Positions 7,144 through 15,668 of a DNA stretch of 31,445 bases are shown here, piece after piece. A model generated the notes under the pieces. That model saw only the letters and a program-made list of their open reading frames with translations, was not told the origin of the DNA and made no database searches. Every line of letters begins with the position of its first letter. The first letter of the stretch is position 1. The translations under genes and the position numbers were made by a program. Source of the DNA: an uncultured Gemmatimonadota bacterium (GTDB taxonomy: Bacteria > SM23-81); contig CAZOYL010000016.1 in assembly GCA_964584035.1 (NCBI GenBank), positions 1 to 31,445 on the forward strand. Reading direction: 5' to 3'.

Positions 7144-10071
7144 ATGCCCGAGCTCGTCGAGGAAGAAATCCTCAGGGATCTGAATCCCCAGCAAAAACGA
7201 GCCGTCCGGCACGACCGGGGACCATTGCTGGTCGTGGCCGGAGCCGGCACGGGCAAGACCCGCGTCATCGTCCATCGCATCGCCCATCTGATCGTCACCA
7301 AGCGGGCCCGTCCGGAGCAAATCGCGGCCCTGACCTTTACCGATAAGGCCGCCGCCGAGATGGAAGAGCGGGTCGACCTGCTGGTGCCCTATGGTTTCGC
7401 CAACGTCCAGATCAGCACCTTTCATGCCTTCGGCGACCGCATCATCCGCGATCACGCCCTGGAGCTGGGTCTCAGTCCCGATTTTCAGGTCATGTCGGGG
7501 CCGGAGCAGGCCGTCTTCCTGCGGGAACATCTCTTCGAGCTGCCCCTGGACTACTATCGCCCGCTGGGCAATCCCACCCGATACATCCAGGCCATGATCG
7601 GCCTGATCAGCCGGGCCAAGGACGAGGACGTCGGCCCGGAGGAATATCTGCGGTATGCCCGGGAGCTCTCGGAGCGGTCTGCGAAGTCCCCGGATGACGA
7701 GATCTTATCAGAGCTGGCCCGGCAGCAGGATGAGATCGCCCGGACCTATGAGGCCTACCAGAACCTGCTGGCCCGGGAGGGCAAGGCCGACTTCGGGGAC
7801 CAGGTCAATCTGACCCTGAAGCTGTTCCGGGAACACCCCCTGATCCTGCAGCGCTGCCGGGAGAAATACCGCTACCTCCTGGTGGACGAATTCCAGGACA
7901 CCAACTACGCCCAGTTCCAGCTGCTCCAACTGCTGGCCGCCGGCCATGAAAACATCACCGTGGTCGGGGACGACGACCAATCAATCTATAAGTTCCGCGG
8001 GGCGGCCATCAGCAACATCCTCGGCTTCAAGAAGGTCTACCCGAAAGCGAAACAGGTCGTACTGGTCCGGAACTACCGCTCCCACCAGGCTATCCTGGAC
8101 ACCGCCCGGCGGCTGATCCTGCATAACAATCCCGAGCGGCTGGAGGTCAAGAACGACATCGACAAGCACCTGGTGGCCCGGATGAAGAAAGGCCCGGCGC
8201 CCCAGCACAGGCACTTCGACAGCCTCACCAGCCAGGCCGACTGGGTGGCCCGGACCATCGCCGGGAAGCGGGCCGGCGGCGAGCTCAACTACGGCGACTT
8301 CGCCATCCTGGTGCGGGCCAACGCCGACGCCGATCCCTTCCTGCGCAGCCTGAACATGCTGTCCATTCCGCACCGCTTTTCCGGCAGCCGGGGACTCTAC
8401 AGCCGCGAGGAGATCCGTTTCCTGATCGCCTTCCTGCGCAGCCTGGCCAATTTCGACGACTCCGTCAGCCTGTTCCATCTGGCCTCCTCTCCGGAGATCT
8501 ACGGGGTCAGCATGGAGGACCTGACCCGCGCGATGAACCTGGCCCGGCGCCGTCATCTGACCCTGCGCGATCTGTTCCTCCATCCGGACCGGCATCCCGA
8601 GCTGAAAGAGATTTCCGACGAGGGGCGGGCCACCATCGACGTGATGATGACCGATCTCGGTCGTTACCTGAAGATGTCCCGTGATCATCCATCGGGCACG
8701 GTTCTGTATCAGTTCATGAAGGACAAGGGATATCTCTACCGCCTGACCCATGAAGAGAGTCCCGCTGCCGAGCAGAAGCTGAAGAACATCGCCCGCTTTT
8801 TCGAGATGGTCCGCGGCTTCTCCCGCCTCGGCCGCGAGGACCGCGTGCCCCGCTTCGTGGAGCAGCTGGACCTGCTGCTGGAGGCCGGCGACGACCCGGC
8901 CACGGCCGAGGCCGATGCGGATGCCCAGGCCGTCAACGTTCTCACCGTTCACCAGGCCAAAGGACTGGAGTTCCCGGTGGTCTTCATGGTCAACCTGGTC
9001 AAGGACCGCTTTCCGCCCCGCCACCGCTCGGAGCCGATCGAGCTGCCCGATGCGCTCGTCAAGGAGCACATCCCGCCGGGCGAGGTGCACCTGCAGGAGG
9101 AGCGGCGACTGTTCTACGTGGCCATGACCCGGGCCCGGCAGGAGCTGTATCTGACCAGCGCCCGGGACCTGGGGGGCGCCCGCCCCCGCAAGGTCAGCCA
9201 GTTCGTTCTGGAGGCCATGGACCAGCCCCGGGCCGATGAGGACTATCTGAAGACCTCCCCCCTGGAATCGATCGACCAGAGCGCCCCATCTTCCCCGCGG
9301 GCTCCGGAGGCGCCCGGGGCCATTCCCGACGACGAGACCATCAACCTGTCCCACTATCAGATCGATGACTACCTGACCTGTCCGCTGCGTTACAAATACG
9401 TTCACATCCTTCGCGTGCCCCTGCTGCCGCATCATTCCATCGTCTACGGCCGGGCCCTGCACAGCGCCGTGCAGGTCTATTTCCAGCGCAAGATCCAGGG
9501 CCGAACTCTGTCGCTGAACGAGCTGCTGGAGATCTTCGATCGCTCCTGGGTCAGCGAGGGGTTTCTCTCCCGTGAGCATGAAGACCAGCGGCTGGAGGCC
9601 GGCCGGCAGGCCCTGAGGAGGTTTTATCAGGGCCAGGAGCGGTCCGGCATCGTGCCCGCCGCGGTGGAGGAGGAGTTCAGCTTCATGCTGGACCGCAACC
9701 GGATCGCCGGCCGTTTCGACCGCATCGACCAGCGCGACGGCGGAGTGACCATCGTGGACTTCAAGTCTTCCCAGATCAAGGATCAGAAGGCGGCCGACAA
9801 ACGGGTCCGGGAGAGCCTTCAGCTGAGCCTCTATGCGCTGGCCTATCAGCAGACCAAGGGCGTCACCCCGGCCACGGTGGAGCTGCACTTCCTGGAGTCG
9901 AATCTGGTGGGCTCGGCCCCGGTGACCGAAAAGATGCTCCAGGGGACGGTAGAGAAGATCGATCGGGCCGCAGCCGGCATCCGGGCCCGGGACTACACCC
10001 CAAAACCGGGCTGGATGGCCTGCAAGTACTGCGCTTACGCGGAGATCTGTCCCAGCACGGCGAGTTCATGA
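7144..10071 (+). CDS. UvrD/PcrA-type SF1A helicase fused to a C-terminal PD-(D/E)XK nuclease (AdnB/AddA-like)
   Basis: Helicase motifs AGAGTGKT, LVDEFQD, VGDDDQSIYKFRGA, NYRS, TVHQAKGLEF, EERRLFYVAMTRA. Nuclease motifs GRFDRID...VDFKS and QLSLY, plus four Cys (TCP...CKYC...C). Confidence 0.93.
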   Translation: MPELVEEEILRDLNPQQKRAVRHDRGPLLVVAGAGTGKTRVIVHRIAHLIVTKRARPEQIAALTFTDKAAAEMEERVDLLVPYGFANVQISTFHAFGDRIIRDHALELGLSPDFQVMSGPEQAVFLREHLFELPLDYYRPLGNPTRYIQAMIGLISRAKDEDVGPEEYLRYARELSERSAKSPDDEILSELARQQDEIARTYEAYQNLLAREGKADFGDQVNLTLKLFREHPLILQRCREKYRYLLVDEFQDTNYAQFQLLQLLAAGHENITVVGDDDQSIYKFRGAAISNILGFKKVYPKAKQVVLVRNYRSHQAILDTARRLILHNNPERLEVKNDIDKHLVARMKKGPAPQHRHFDSLTSQADWVARTIAGKRAGGELNYGDFAILVRANADADPFLRSLNMLSIPHRFSGSRGLYSREEIRFLIAFLRSLANFDDSVSLFHLASSPEIYGVSMEDLTRAMNLARRRHLTLRDLFLHPDRHPELKEISDEGRATIDVMMTDLGRYLKMSRDHPSGTVLYQFMKDKGYLYRLTHEESPAAEQKLKNIARFFEMVRGFSRLGREDRVPRFVEQLDLLLEAGDDPATAEADADAQAVNVLTVHQAKGLEFPVVFMVNLVKDRFPPRHRSEPIELPDALVKEHIPPGEVHLQEERRLFYVAMTRARQELYLTSARDLGGARPRKVSQFVLEAMDQPRADEDYLKTSPLESIDQSAPSSPRAPEAPGAIPDDETINLSHYQIDDYLTCPLRYKYVHILRVPLLPHHSIVYGRALHSAVQVYFQRKIQGRTLSLNELLEIFDRSWVSEGFLSREHEDQRLEAGRQALRRFYQGQERSGIVPAAVEEEFSFMLDRNRIAGRFDRIDQRDGGVTIVDFKSSQIKDQKAADKRVRESLQLSLYALAYQQTKGVTPATVELHFLESNLVGSAPVTEKMLQGTVEKIDRAAAGIRARDYTPKPGWMACKYCAYAEICPSTASS

Positions 10072-10160
10072 AACAGTGATCGTGCAGCGCTCATCGGACA
10101 TCGTGCATCGGGTTGCCACTTTCTAATTTTCAATACCTTTTGAAACAGGAGACACTGACT

Positions 10161-11828
10161 ATGTCAACCGCCGGCAACACCGTGTACTCGACGAGCCCTT
10201 CGGGAGAGAACTTTGCCATCCCCCCAAAAGAGGATTATGACGGGGAATTCCAGCGTGTCGAGAAGCTGGTCGATCAGGCGAGAGAAGAAAACAAAGAGAT
10301 CGTCGTCGTTATGGGGGTGGGCTTTGTCGGCGCGGTGATGGCGGCCATCATCGCCGACGCCAGGGACAAAACGGGGAATCACAGCAAATTCGTCATCGGC
10401 TGCCAGAGACCCAGTGTGCGCAGTTACTGGAAAATACCTATGCTGAACCGCGGCCAATCACCGGTGAAGGCCGAGGACCCAGAAGTGGATGAACTGATCT
10501 CGCGGTGCGTGCTCACAAACAAGACGCTCATCGCCACCTATAACAGCGACTGCCTGAAACTGGCCGATTGCGTCGTGGTGGACGTACAATGCGACTTTTC
10601 GAAAAACGACCTGGGCTGCATGACGACCGGCCAGGCCGATATGGCCGCTCTGGAAGCGACCATGCGAACCATCGGCCAAAACATCGGTCCGGATTGTCTG
10701 GTGCTCATTGAAACGACGGTCGCTCCCGGCACGACCGAATTCGTGGCCTGGCCTATTTTGAAGAAGGCCTTCGCCCGACGGGAAATCCAATCGGTGCCTC
10801 TGCTGGCCCACAGTTTCGAACGGGTCATGCCGGGAAAGGACTATGTGGCCAGCATCCGAGACTTCTGGCGGGTCTGCTCGGGATGTAATCCGGCGGCCAA
10901 AAAACGGGTTGAAAAATTCCTTCGCCAGGTGCTGAACACCACAGATTTTCCCCTGACGGTCATGGACCGCCCGATCGAATCGGAGACGACGAAAATCGTG
11001 GAGAATTCCTACCGGGCCACGATCCTGGCCTTTCTGAATGAATGGAGCCTGTTCGCGGAGCGAAACGGCGTCGATCTGATCAAGGTCATCAAGGCTATCA
11101 AAGCACGTCCCACGCACAGCAACATCATTTTCCCCGGCCCCGGCATCGGCGGGTACTGCCTGCCCAAGGATGGGGGCCTGGGATACTGGGCCTACCGGCA
11201 CATTCTTGGATTCGAAGATGGCGACAGTTTCTTCAAGATCACGCCGACGGCCATCGACATCAACGACACACGCGCCCTGCACGTCGCCGAGCTGGTCCGG
11301 GATGCGCTGCGCAATATGGGCAGATATATCGCCGCCGCCGAGGTTCTGTTGTGCGGCGCCAGCTACCGCCAGGATGTCGGCGACACCCGATACAGCGGCA
11401 GCGAGCTGGTGGTCCGAAAGCTGACCGAGATGGGCGCGGAAATCCGCGTTCATGATCCCTATGTGGAACACTGGTATGAATTTGAAAAACAGGATGTCTA
11501 TCCGGCCCCGGGACATTCCTGGTCGCGATTCTTCCGCAATCAGGATGAGCTCACTAATCTTCGCATCAGCAAGGATCTCTCCGCTGCACTGAAGGGCGCC
11601 GAAGCCATGATCTTAGCCGTGCCGCACAGTCCCTATCTCGACCTCGACCCGGAGAAGGTTGTCAAGTGGGCCGGAAACCCCCTGGCCGTCATCGATTGTT
11701 TCGGCATTCTGACCGACGATCAGATCGGACACTATTTTCGGCTCGGCTGTGAGGTCAAGGCCCTCGGGCGGGGGCATATCCAGCGGATCAAGGAGGAGGT
11801 CAGGAAGGGGCGGCAAGGTGAACTGTAA
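10161..11828 (+). CDS. Nucleotide-sugar (UDP-glucose/GDP-mannose family) dehydrogenase
   Basis: Motifs GVGFVG, ETTVAPGTT, KIVENSYR, catalytic PGIGGYCLPKD, HDPYV. ATG 10161 follows AGGAG. Confidence 0.9.
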   Translation: MSTAGNTVYSTSPSGENFAIPPKEDYDGEFQRVEKLVDQAREENKEIVVVMGVGFVGAVMAAIIADARDKTGNHSKFVIGCQRPSVRSYWKIPMLNRGQSPVKAEDPEVDELISRCVLTNKTLIATYNSDCLKLADCVVVDVQCDFSKNDLGCMTTGQADMAALEATMRTIGQNIGPDCLVLIETTVAPGTTEFVAWPILKKAFARREIQSVPLLAHSFERVMPGKDYVASIRDFWRVCSGCNPAAKKRVEKFLRQVLNTTDFPLTVMDRPIESETTKIVENSYRATILAFLNEWSLFAERNGVDLIKVIKAIKARPTHSNIIFPGPGIGGYCLPKDGGLGYWAYRHILGFEDGDSFFKITPTAIDINDTRALHVAELVRDALRNMGRYIAAAEVLLCGASYRQDVGDTRYSGSELVVRKLTEMGAEIRVHDPYVEHWYEFEKQDVYPAPGHSWSRFFRNQDELTNLRISKDLSAALKGAEAMILAVPHSPYLDLDPEKVVKWAGNPLAVIDCFGILTDDQIGHYFRLGCEVKALGRGHIQRIKEEVRKGRQGEL

Positions 11829-11834
11829 GACAAA

Positions 11835-11855
11835 GTGGTCACAAATTGTGACCAC
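11835..11855. repeat. Perfect 21-bp palindrome GTGGTCACAA-A-TTGTGACCAC
   Basis: Read directly; lies 6 bp after the dehydrogenase stop codon. Confidence 0.85.
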
Positions 11856-11870
11856 CTGGCTGGTGATTTT

Positions 11871-11913
11871 TTGACTTGATTGTATACTCCTGAGTAATAT
11901 ACTCTAAAGTATA
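11871..11913 (+). promoter_or_regulatory. Sigma70-like promoter overlapped by two tandem TACT-N4-AGTA palindromes
   Basis: -35 candidates TTGACT 11871 and TTGATT 11876; -10 candidates TAATAT 11895 and TATACT 11898. Palindromes at 11885-11896 and 11900-11911. Confidence 0.55.
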
Positions 11914-11970
11914 CTAATTTCGCAGCTGGCGAAACTCTTTGTCAACAAACACACTCAACGGATAACCTTA

Positions 11971-12669
11971 ATGCCCACCCCAAAAAAACTCCTCCAGCTC
12001 TGCCAGCGTTTCGAGCGCAACCTGGACGCCTACAAGCAGGGCCGCTACAAGGAGGCCCAGCTGCGCAAGGAGTTCATCGATCCCCTGTTCGGGCTGATGG
12101 GCTGGGACATGGATAACACACAGGGCTATGCCGAGGCTTATAAGGAGGTCATCCACGAGGACGCCATCAGGGTCGGGCCGGGCACCGAGGCGCCCGATTA
12201 CTGCTTCCGCATCGGCGGCGTCCGCAAATTCTTCCTGGAGGCCAAAAAGCCCTCCATCGATATCAGGGGCGACGTTCACCCCGCCTATCAGCTGCGCCGC
12301 TACGCCTGGAGCGCCAAGCTGCCGTTGAGCATCCTGACCGACTTCGAGGAGCTGGCCGTCTACGATTGCCGGGTCAAGCCCTCCAGGACCGACCAGCCCG
12401 CCGTGGCCCGGATCCTCTATCTGACCTACAAGGATTATCCCAAACAGTGGGAACAGCTGGCCGGCATCTTTTCTCCCGAGGCCATCCGCAAGGGCTCCTT
12501 CGATACATACGTTGAGGAGAAGAAGAAAAAACGGGGCACCGCCGAGGTGGACGACGCTTTTCTGGGGGAGATCGAGCGCTGGCGCGACCTGCTGGCCCGC
12601 AATATCGCCCTGCGTAATCCCAGGCTCGGCCAGCGGGAGCTCAACTTCGCCACCCAGAAAAGCGTTTAA
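11971..12669 (+). pseudogene. N-terminal nuclease part of a type IIG / Eco57I-like restriction-modification enzyme, truncated
   Basis: EAQLRKEFIDPLF..MGWD, PDY...FFLEAKK (PD-(D/E)XK), YQLRRYAWS, LTDFEE. Ends after 232 aa with no methyltransferase motifs; sequence becomes AT-rich at about 12660. Confidence 0.82.
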
Positions 12670-13021
12670 AGCATATCATTGGGGTGATTATGAGCTTGCT
12701 ATTCCTGTTTTTTTAGCTCAAGCGGATGGGATATACCAAGAACAAACAGGTATTCAATTGTGCTCCAGGGAGCCCGGGAATGGAACACCCAAAATTGCAG
12801 CTCGTGTTGATGGCTTAGATATAATTCAGATCTCTTACATGGAGCCACTGAAGACACCTATGCCAATCAATTTTAATAAGCGAGAACGTAAGGGAAGGAC
12901 TGGCCTATTCAACCGACATACGGTTTTGCATGGAGAATCAGTAGACTATGGGACTGAGATCAATAGTTTGAAATCAATCTCCTTATTGTCATTGGTTAGT
13001 TGGATATTTGGTGATTCATAA
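12659..13021 (+). pseudogene. C-terminal fragment of a HEPN-domain protein
   Basis: AT-rich frame KAFKAYHWGDYELAIPVFLAQADGI...NRHTVLHGESVDYGTEINSLK with an R-x4-H motif (12914-12931). No start codon or RBS of its own. Confidence 0.65.
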
Positions 13022-13043
13022 AACCGTGGGTCGATATTTTTAA

Positions 13044-13117
13044 GTGGCGCCGGGTCACCGTACACAACATCCTGTAAAAACATAAAGACACCGCCGGGTA
13101 AGATCACCCGACGGCAC
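13044..13117. repeat. REP/REPIN-like inverted doublet, copy A
   Basis: GTGG-CGCCGGGT-CACCGT-AC... and, inverted, CGCCGGGT-N6-ACCCGACG-GCAC. Homologous to 14771-14847. Confidence 0.7.
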
Positions 13118-13189
13118 GAGGAAATATTTCCGTCTCTGCAGAGGTTCGCGCCTCTACAGAAAAAACTACCGGGACAAAAGAACCGTACC

Positions 13190-13444
13190 ATGCGTGAGAC
13201 AATCAAACGCGAGTTTCGAGTCATATTCTCTGGAAAAGCCCAAGCCGTCCGGTTTCGGATCACGAAATGGGTCGTATTCATCGGAATCGGCTTTCTCTGT
13301 TACGGGACACGGTTCTTCTGGTAGTGGATCGTATTGGTGCCATCGGCCGGCATCGTTGCCCATTTCATCTTTCGCTGGAAGACTCACGGATGGACGCGAC
13401 CCTGGCGTGAATGGGATGATCTGGAAGCGGGTTGGAAACCATAG
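13190..13444 (+). pseudogene. Small Trp-rich membrane protein with an internal TAG (13322-13324)
   Basis: MRETIKREFRVIFSGKAQAVRFRITKWVVFIGIGFLCYGTRFFW*WIVLVPSAGIVAHFIFRWKTHGWTRPWREWDDLEAGWKP; protein-like on both sides of the stop. Absent from the ORF track. Confidence 0.65.
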
Positions 13445-13508
13445 AACCCGTAGTGACAACCACCCGCTCCTTATGGATGTTCTCGGCTGCAAGGAAGTTC
13501 GCGTACGG

Positions 13509-13534
13509 CGCTGGGGATGATAACATCCCCAGCG
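13509..13534. repeat. Perfect 11-bp hairpin CGCTGGGGATG-ATAA-CATCCCCAGCG
   Basis: Read directly; intergenic. Could be a terminator or a REP-type element. Confidence 0.6.
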
Positions 13535-13602
13535 AGAAAACGAAAAAGCATTGACCACTTTCCCACCCTGACCACCCGGTAGGATTAGAATGGGGAGTAA
13601 AT

Positions 13603-14634
13603 ATGCGGGTATCGGAAAACATCATCAGAAAACTGGTCCGGCTGGCTCAGGATAATCGCATGATCCTGTCCGCCTACCTGGATCTCACCGGCGGACGGGA
13701 GGCTGCCGTGCGATTCGTGGACAGGGAATCAGCCCGGATCCTGCCGCTTCTACACGATAAGGCGCCAGACCATTTTAAAAGATCCCTCTCCTTTTTAACC
13801 GACCTGCTGAAGAAAAAGAAATCTGCGCATTTCGACGAGCCTGGTCTGGCTTTTTTTGCCGTCCTGGGGACCGATTTCAGCATGGACATCGATCTGGTCG
13901 CCCCTCCGGAATCTCTGTTGGCTCTCGACCACGAGGCTGCCATCCTTCCGCTGGCCCTGCAGCTTGACGAATATGAGCCGGTCGGTGTGATCATGATTGA
14001 TGCGCACTGTATCAGAGTTTTGATCGCCGCCGGGCAGACAATAGAGAGCATCGATTCCCTGTGCAAGAGGATCCATCATCTGTCCAAAGTGGGCGGCTGG
14101 TCGCAGATGCGCTATCAGCGCCGGAGAGAGAAAGAGGTCCACCATTTCACCGGGGAGGCCCTGGAAAAGGCAGCCGAGATCTTTCAAGAGGCCGGCGTCC
14201 AACGCATCGTCATCGGTGGGCGGGACAGAATGATCAACGCTCTGGAGCACGAATTCCCCAAGGAATGGCTCGACAAGGTGATCGGAACGGTGCGCTGGGA
14301 CCTGGATGCTCCCGATGACGAGTTTTTGCTGAAAATCAGGCCCCTGCTTGAGGAGGCGGAAAGAGCCCAGGAACAACAACGGCTGGAGAAACTCCTGGCC
14401 GAGATTCGTCGCCATGGTCTGGCCATGGCCGGGGTCGAACGGACCCTCAAGGCCTTGCAGCTCGGGCAGGTGGATACGTTACTGATCAGCGAGGCATTGG
14501 ACCCTCAAAAAGCCGAACGGTTCGTGGAGCTGGCCGAGTCCAGCGGCGCCCATGTCGAGTTTATTCCCGAAGAAAACGAAGCTCTTGCCCGGCTGGGGAA
14601 CGTGGGCGCCCTGCTGAGATATAAAATCTCCTGA
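13603..14634 (+). CDS. Bacterial archaeo-eukaryotic release factor (baeRF / eRF1-like) family protein
   Basis: ILSAYLD N-terminus, GGWSQMRYQRR catalytic-loop variant, and eRF1 domain 3 motifs GQVDTLLIS and GNVGALLRY. Confidence 0.85.
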   Translation: MRVSENIIRKLVRLAQDNRMILSAYLDLTGGREAAVRFVDRESARILPLLHDKAPDHFKRSLSFLTDLLKKKKSAHFDEPGLAFFAVLGTDFSMDIDLVAPPESLLALDHEAAILPLALQLDEYEPVGVIMIDAHCIRVLIAAGQTIESIDSLCKRIHHLSKVGGWSQMRYQRRREKEVHHFTGEALEKAAEIFQEAGVQRIVIGGRDRMINALEHEFPKEWLDKVIGTVRWDLDAPDDEFLLKIRPLLEEAERAQEQQRLEKLLAEIRRHGLAMAGVERTLKALQLGQVDTLLISEALDPQKAERFVELAESSGAHVEFIPEENEALARLGNVGALLRYKIS

Positions 14635-14709
14635 TTCACAATCCGGACAGCAGAGTGCGCAGGAGGCTGTGGGGGCAGGAGCCCCTGCCGGAAGACAAAC
14701 ATGAAAGTT

Positions 14710-14757
14710 GAGATTGCCACGTCGGCGTTCGTCTGACGAACGCCTCCTCGTAAGGGC
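14710..14757. repeat. Palindromic repeat of the GAGATTGCCACG...CCTCGCAATGAC (RPE-like) class, half element
   Basis: GAGATTGCCACGTC-GGCGTTCGTC-T-GACGAACGCC-TCCTCGTAAGGGC, with a perfect 10-bp internal inverted repeat. Confidence 0.6.
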
Positions 14758-14770
14758 GGCATTTATTTAA

Positions 14771-14847
14771 GTGGCTCCGGATCACCGTACCTGACGCCTT
14801 GAGAGGACCTTGCCAATACTTCATCGAGTGAGGTCACCCGACGGCAC
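14771..14847. repeat. REP/REPIN-like inverted doublet, copy B
   Basis: GTGG-CTCCGGAT-CACCGT-ACCTGACG ... CATCGAGT-N6-ACCCGACG-GCAC. Shares TCACCCGACGGCACG with copy A. Confidence 0.7.
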
Positions 14848-14883
14848 GGATAACAATAACCACCCCGTTCAGGGAGGTGCTCA

Positions 14884-15318
14884 ATGGCTAAAAAAACCAC
14901 CGAAGACGGACAGACCCCTGCAGAGCTGCTCGACCTGCTCAACCAGGCCCTCCGGCTGGAGTACACGCTTATCATCCACTACCCCCGTCTGGCTGCCGGC
15001 ATCGAGGATGCGGAAACGAAAAAACTTGTCCAATATCTTGGCACAGCATCGGTTCATCACGCCGATGTGGTCGCCGATGCGATCATCCAACTGGGCGGAA
15101 AACCCGCATGGTCTTTTGCTCCTTTCCCGGACATTCAAGAACCGCTGCAGGCGTTTCAAATCCAGCTGCGGAAAGAACAGCAGGCCCTGGATCTGCACCG
15201 CAAGGCCGCCGGATTGCTACCTGCGGGACCGATGGCCGGTGCCATAGAATCTCTGGCCAAGGAAGAACAGAGCCATATTTCGATCGTCGAAAAAATCATC
15301 GCGCGGCTGAAACAGTGA
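14884..15318 (+). CDS. Ferritin-like (bacterioferritin/rubrerythrin-type) domain protein
   Basis: LLNQALRLEY...Y, H...ADAIIQLGG.P, E..A...H, EEQSH. GGAGGT RBS. Confidence 0.8.
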   Translation: MAKKTTEDGQTPAELLDLLNQALRLEYTLIIHYPRLAAGIEDAETKKLVQYLGTASVHHADVVADAIIQLGGKPAWSFAPFPDIQEPLQAFQIQLRKEQQALDLHRKAAGLLPAGPMAGAIESLAKEEQSHISIVEKIIARLKQ

Positions 15319-15330
15319 AGCTCATTTTCG

Positions 15331-15360
15331 GTGGAGCCGGATCACCGTACCTGACGCCAC
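15331..15360. repeat. REP-like singlet, copy C
   Basis: GTGGAGCCGGATCACCGTACCTGACGCCAC; CCGGATCACCGTACCTGACGCC is identical to copy B. Confidence 0.7.
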
Positions 15361-15402
15361 GGAACCGCCAAACCCGGCAACCGCTCCGGCTCTTACAAAG
15401 CA

Positions 15403-15434
15403 AATGGGTGCCACCTGTTGAGATGACACCCATT
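15403..15434 (-). terminator. Probable terminator of csp copy 1
   Basis: 14-bp stem with G-U pairs on the - strand, followed by TGCTTTGT. Similar in sequence to the terminator of csp copy 2. Confidence 0.6.
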
Positions 15435-15467
15435 GCCGTTTGCGACTATCTATGATATAATCTTAGA

Positions 15468-15668
15468 TTATCGCTTGACCACATTACTGGCCTGGGCCCC
15501 CTTGGGACCCTGCGTGACGTCGAATTCGACCTCATCGCCCTCGGCTAACGACTTGAAACCGTCGCCCTGGATCGCGGAAAAATGGACGAACACATCGTCG
15601 CCACTATCCTGCTCGATAAAACCAAAGCCTTTGGAGTCGTTGAACCACTTCACTTTGCCTTGTACCAA
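15468..15668 (-). CDS. cspA: Cold-shock protein (CspA family), copy 1
   Basis: GKVKWFN, KGFGFI (RNP1), VFVHF (RNP2). TTG start with GAGGTG RBS. Confidence 0.97.
   Translation of the reverse strand: MVQGKVKWFNDSKGFGFIEQDSGDDVFVHFSAIQGDGFKSLAEGDEVEFDVTQGPKGAQASNVVKR

Noticed and set aside
14763..14975. Minus-strand peptides sharing CRRV...YGDP.PLK (also ORF 12946-13281)
   Set aside because: The similarity is just translation of the REP-like DNA repeat, and these ORFs overlap better-supported + strand genes.
13044..15360. CRISPR array, tRNA-derived att sites or a pistol ribozyme as the source of the repeats
   Set aside because: Copies are hundreds of bp apart and degenerate, no tRNA T-arm sequence follows, and the pistol pseudoknot and core are not found.
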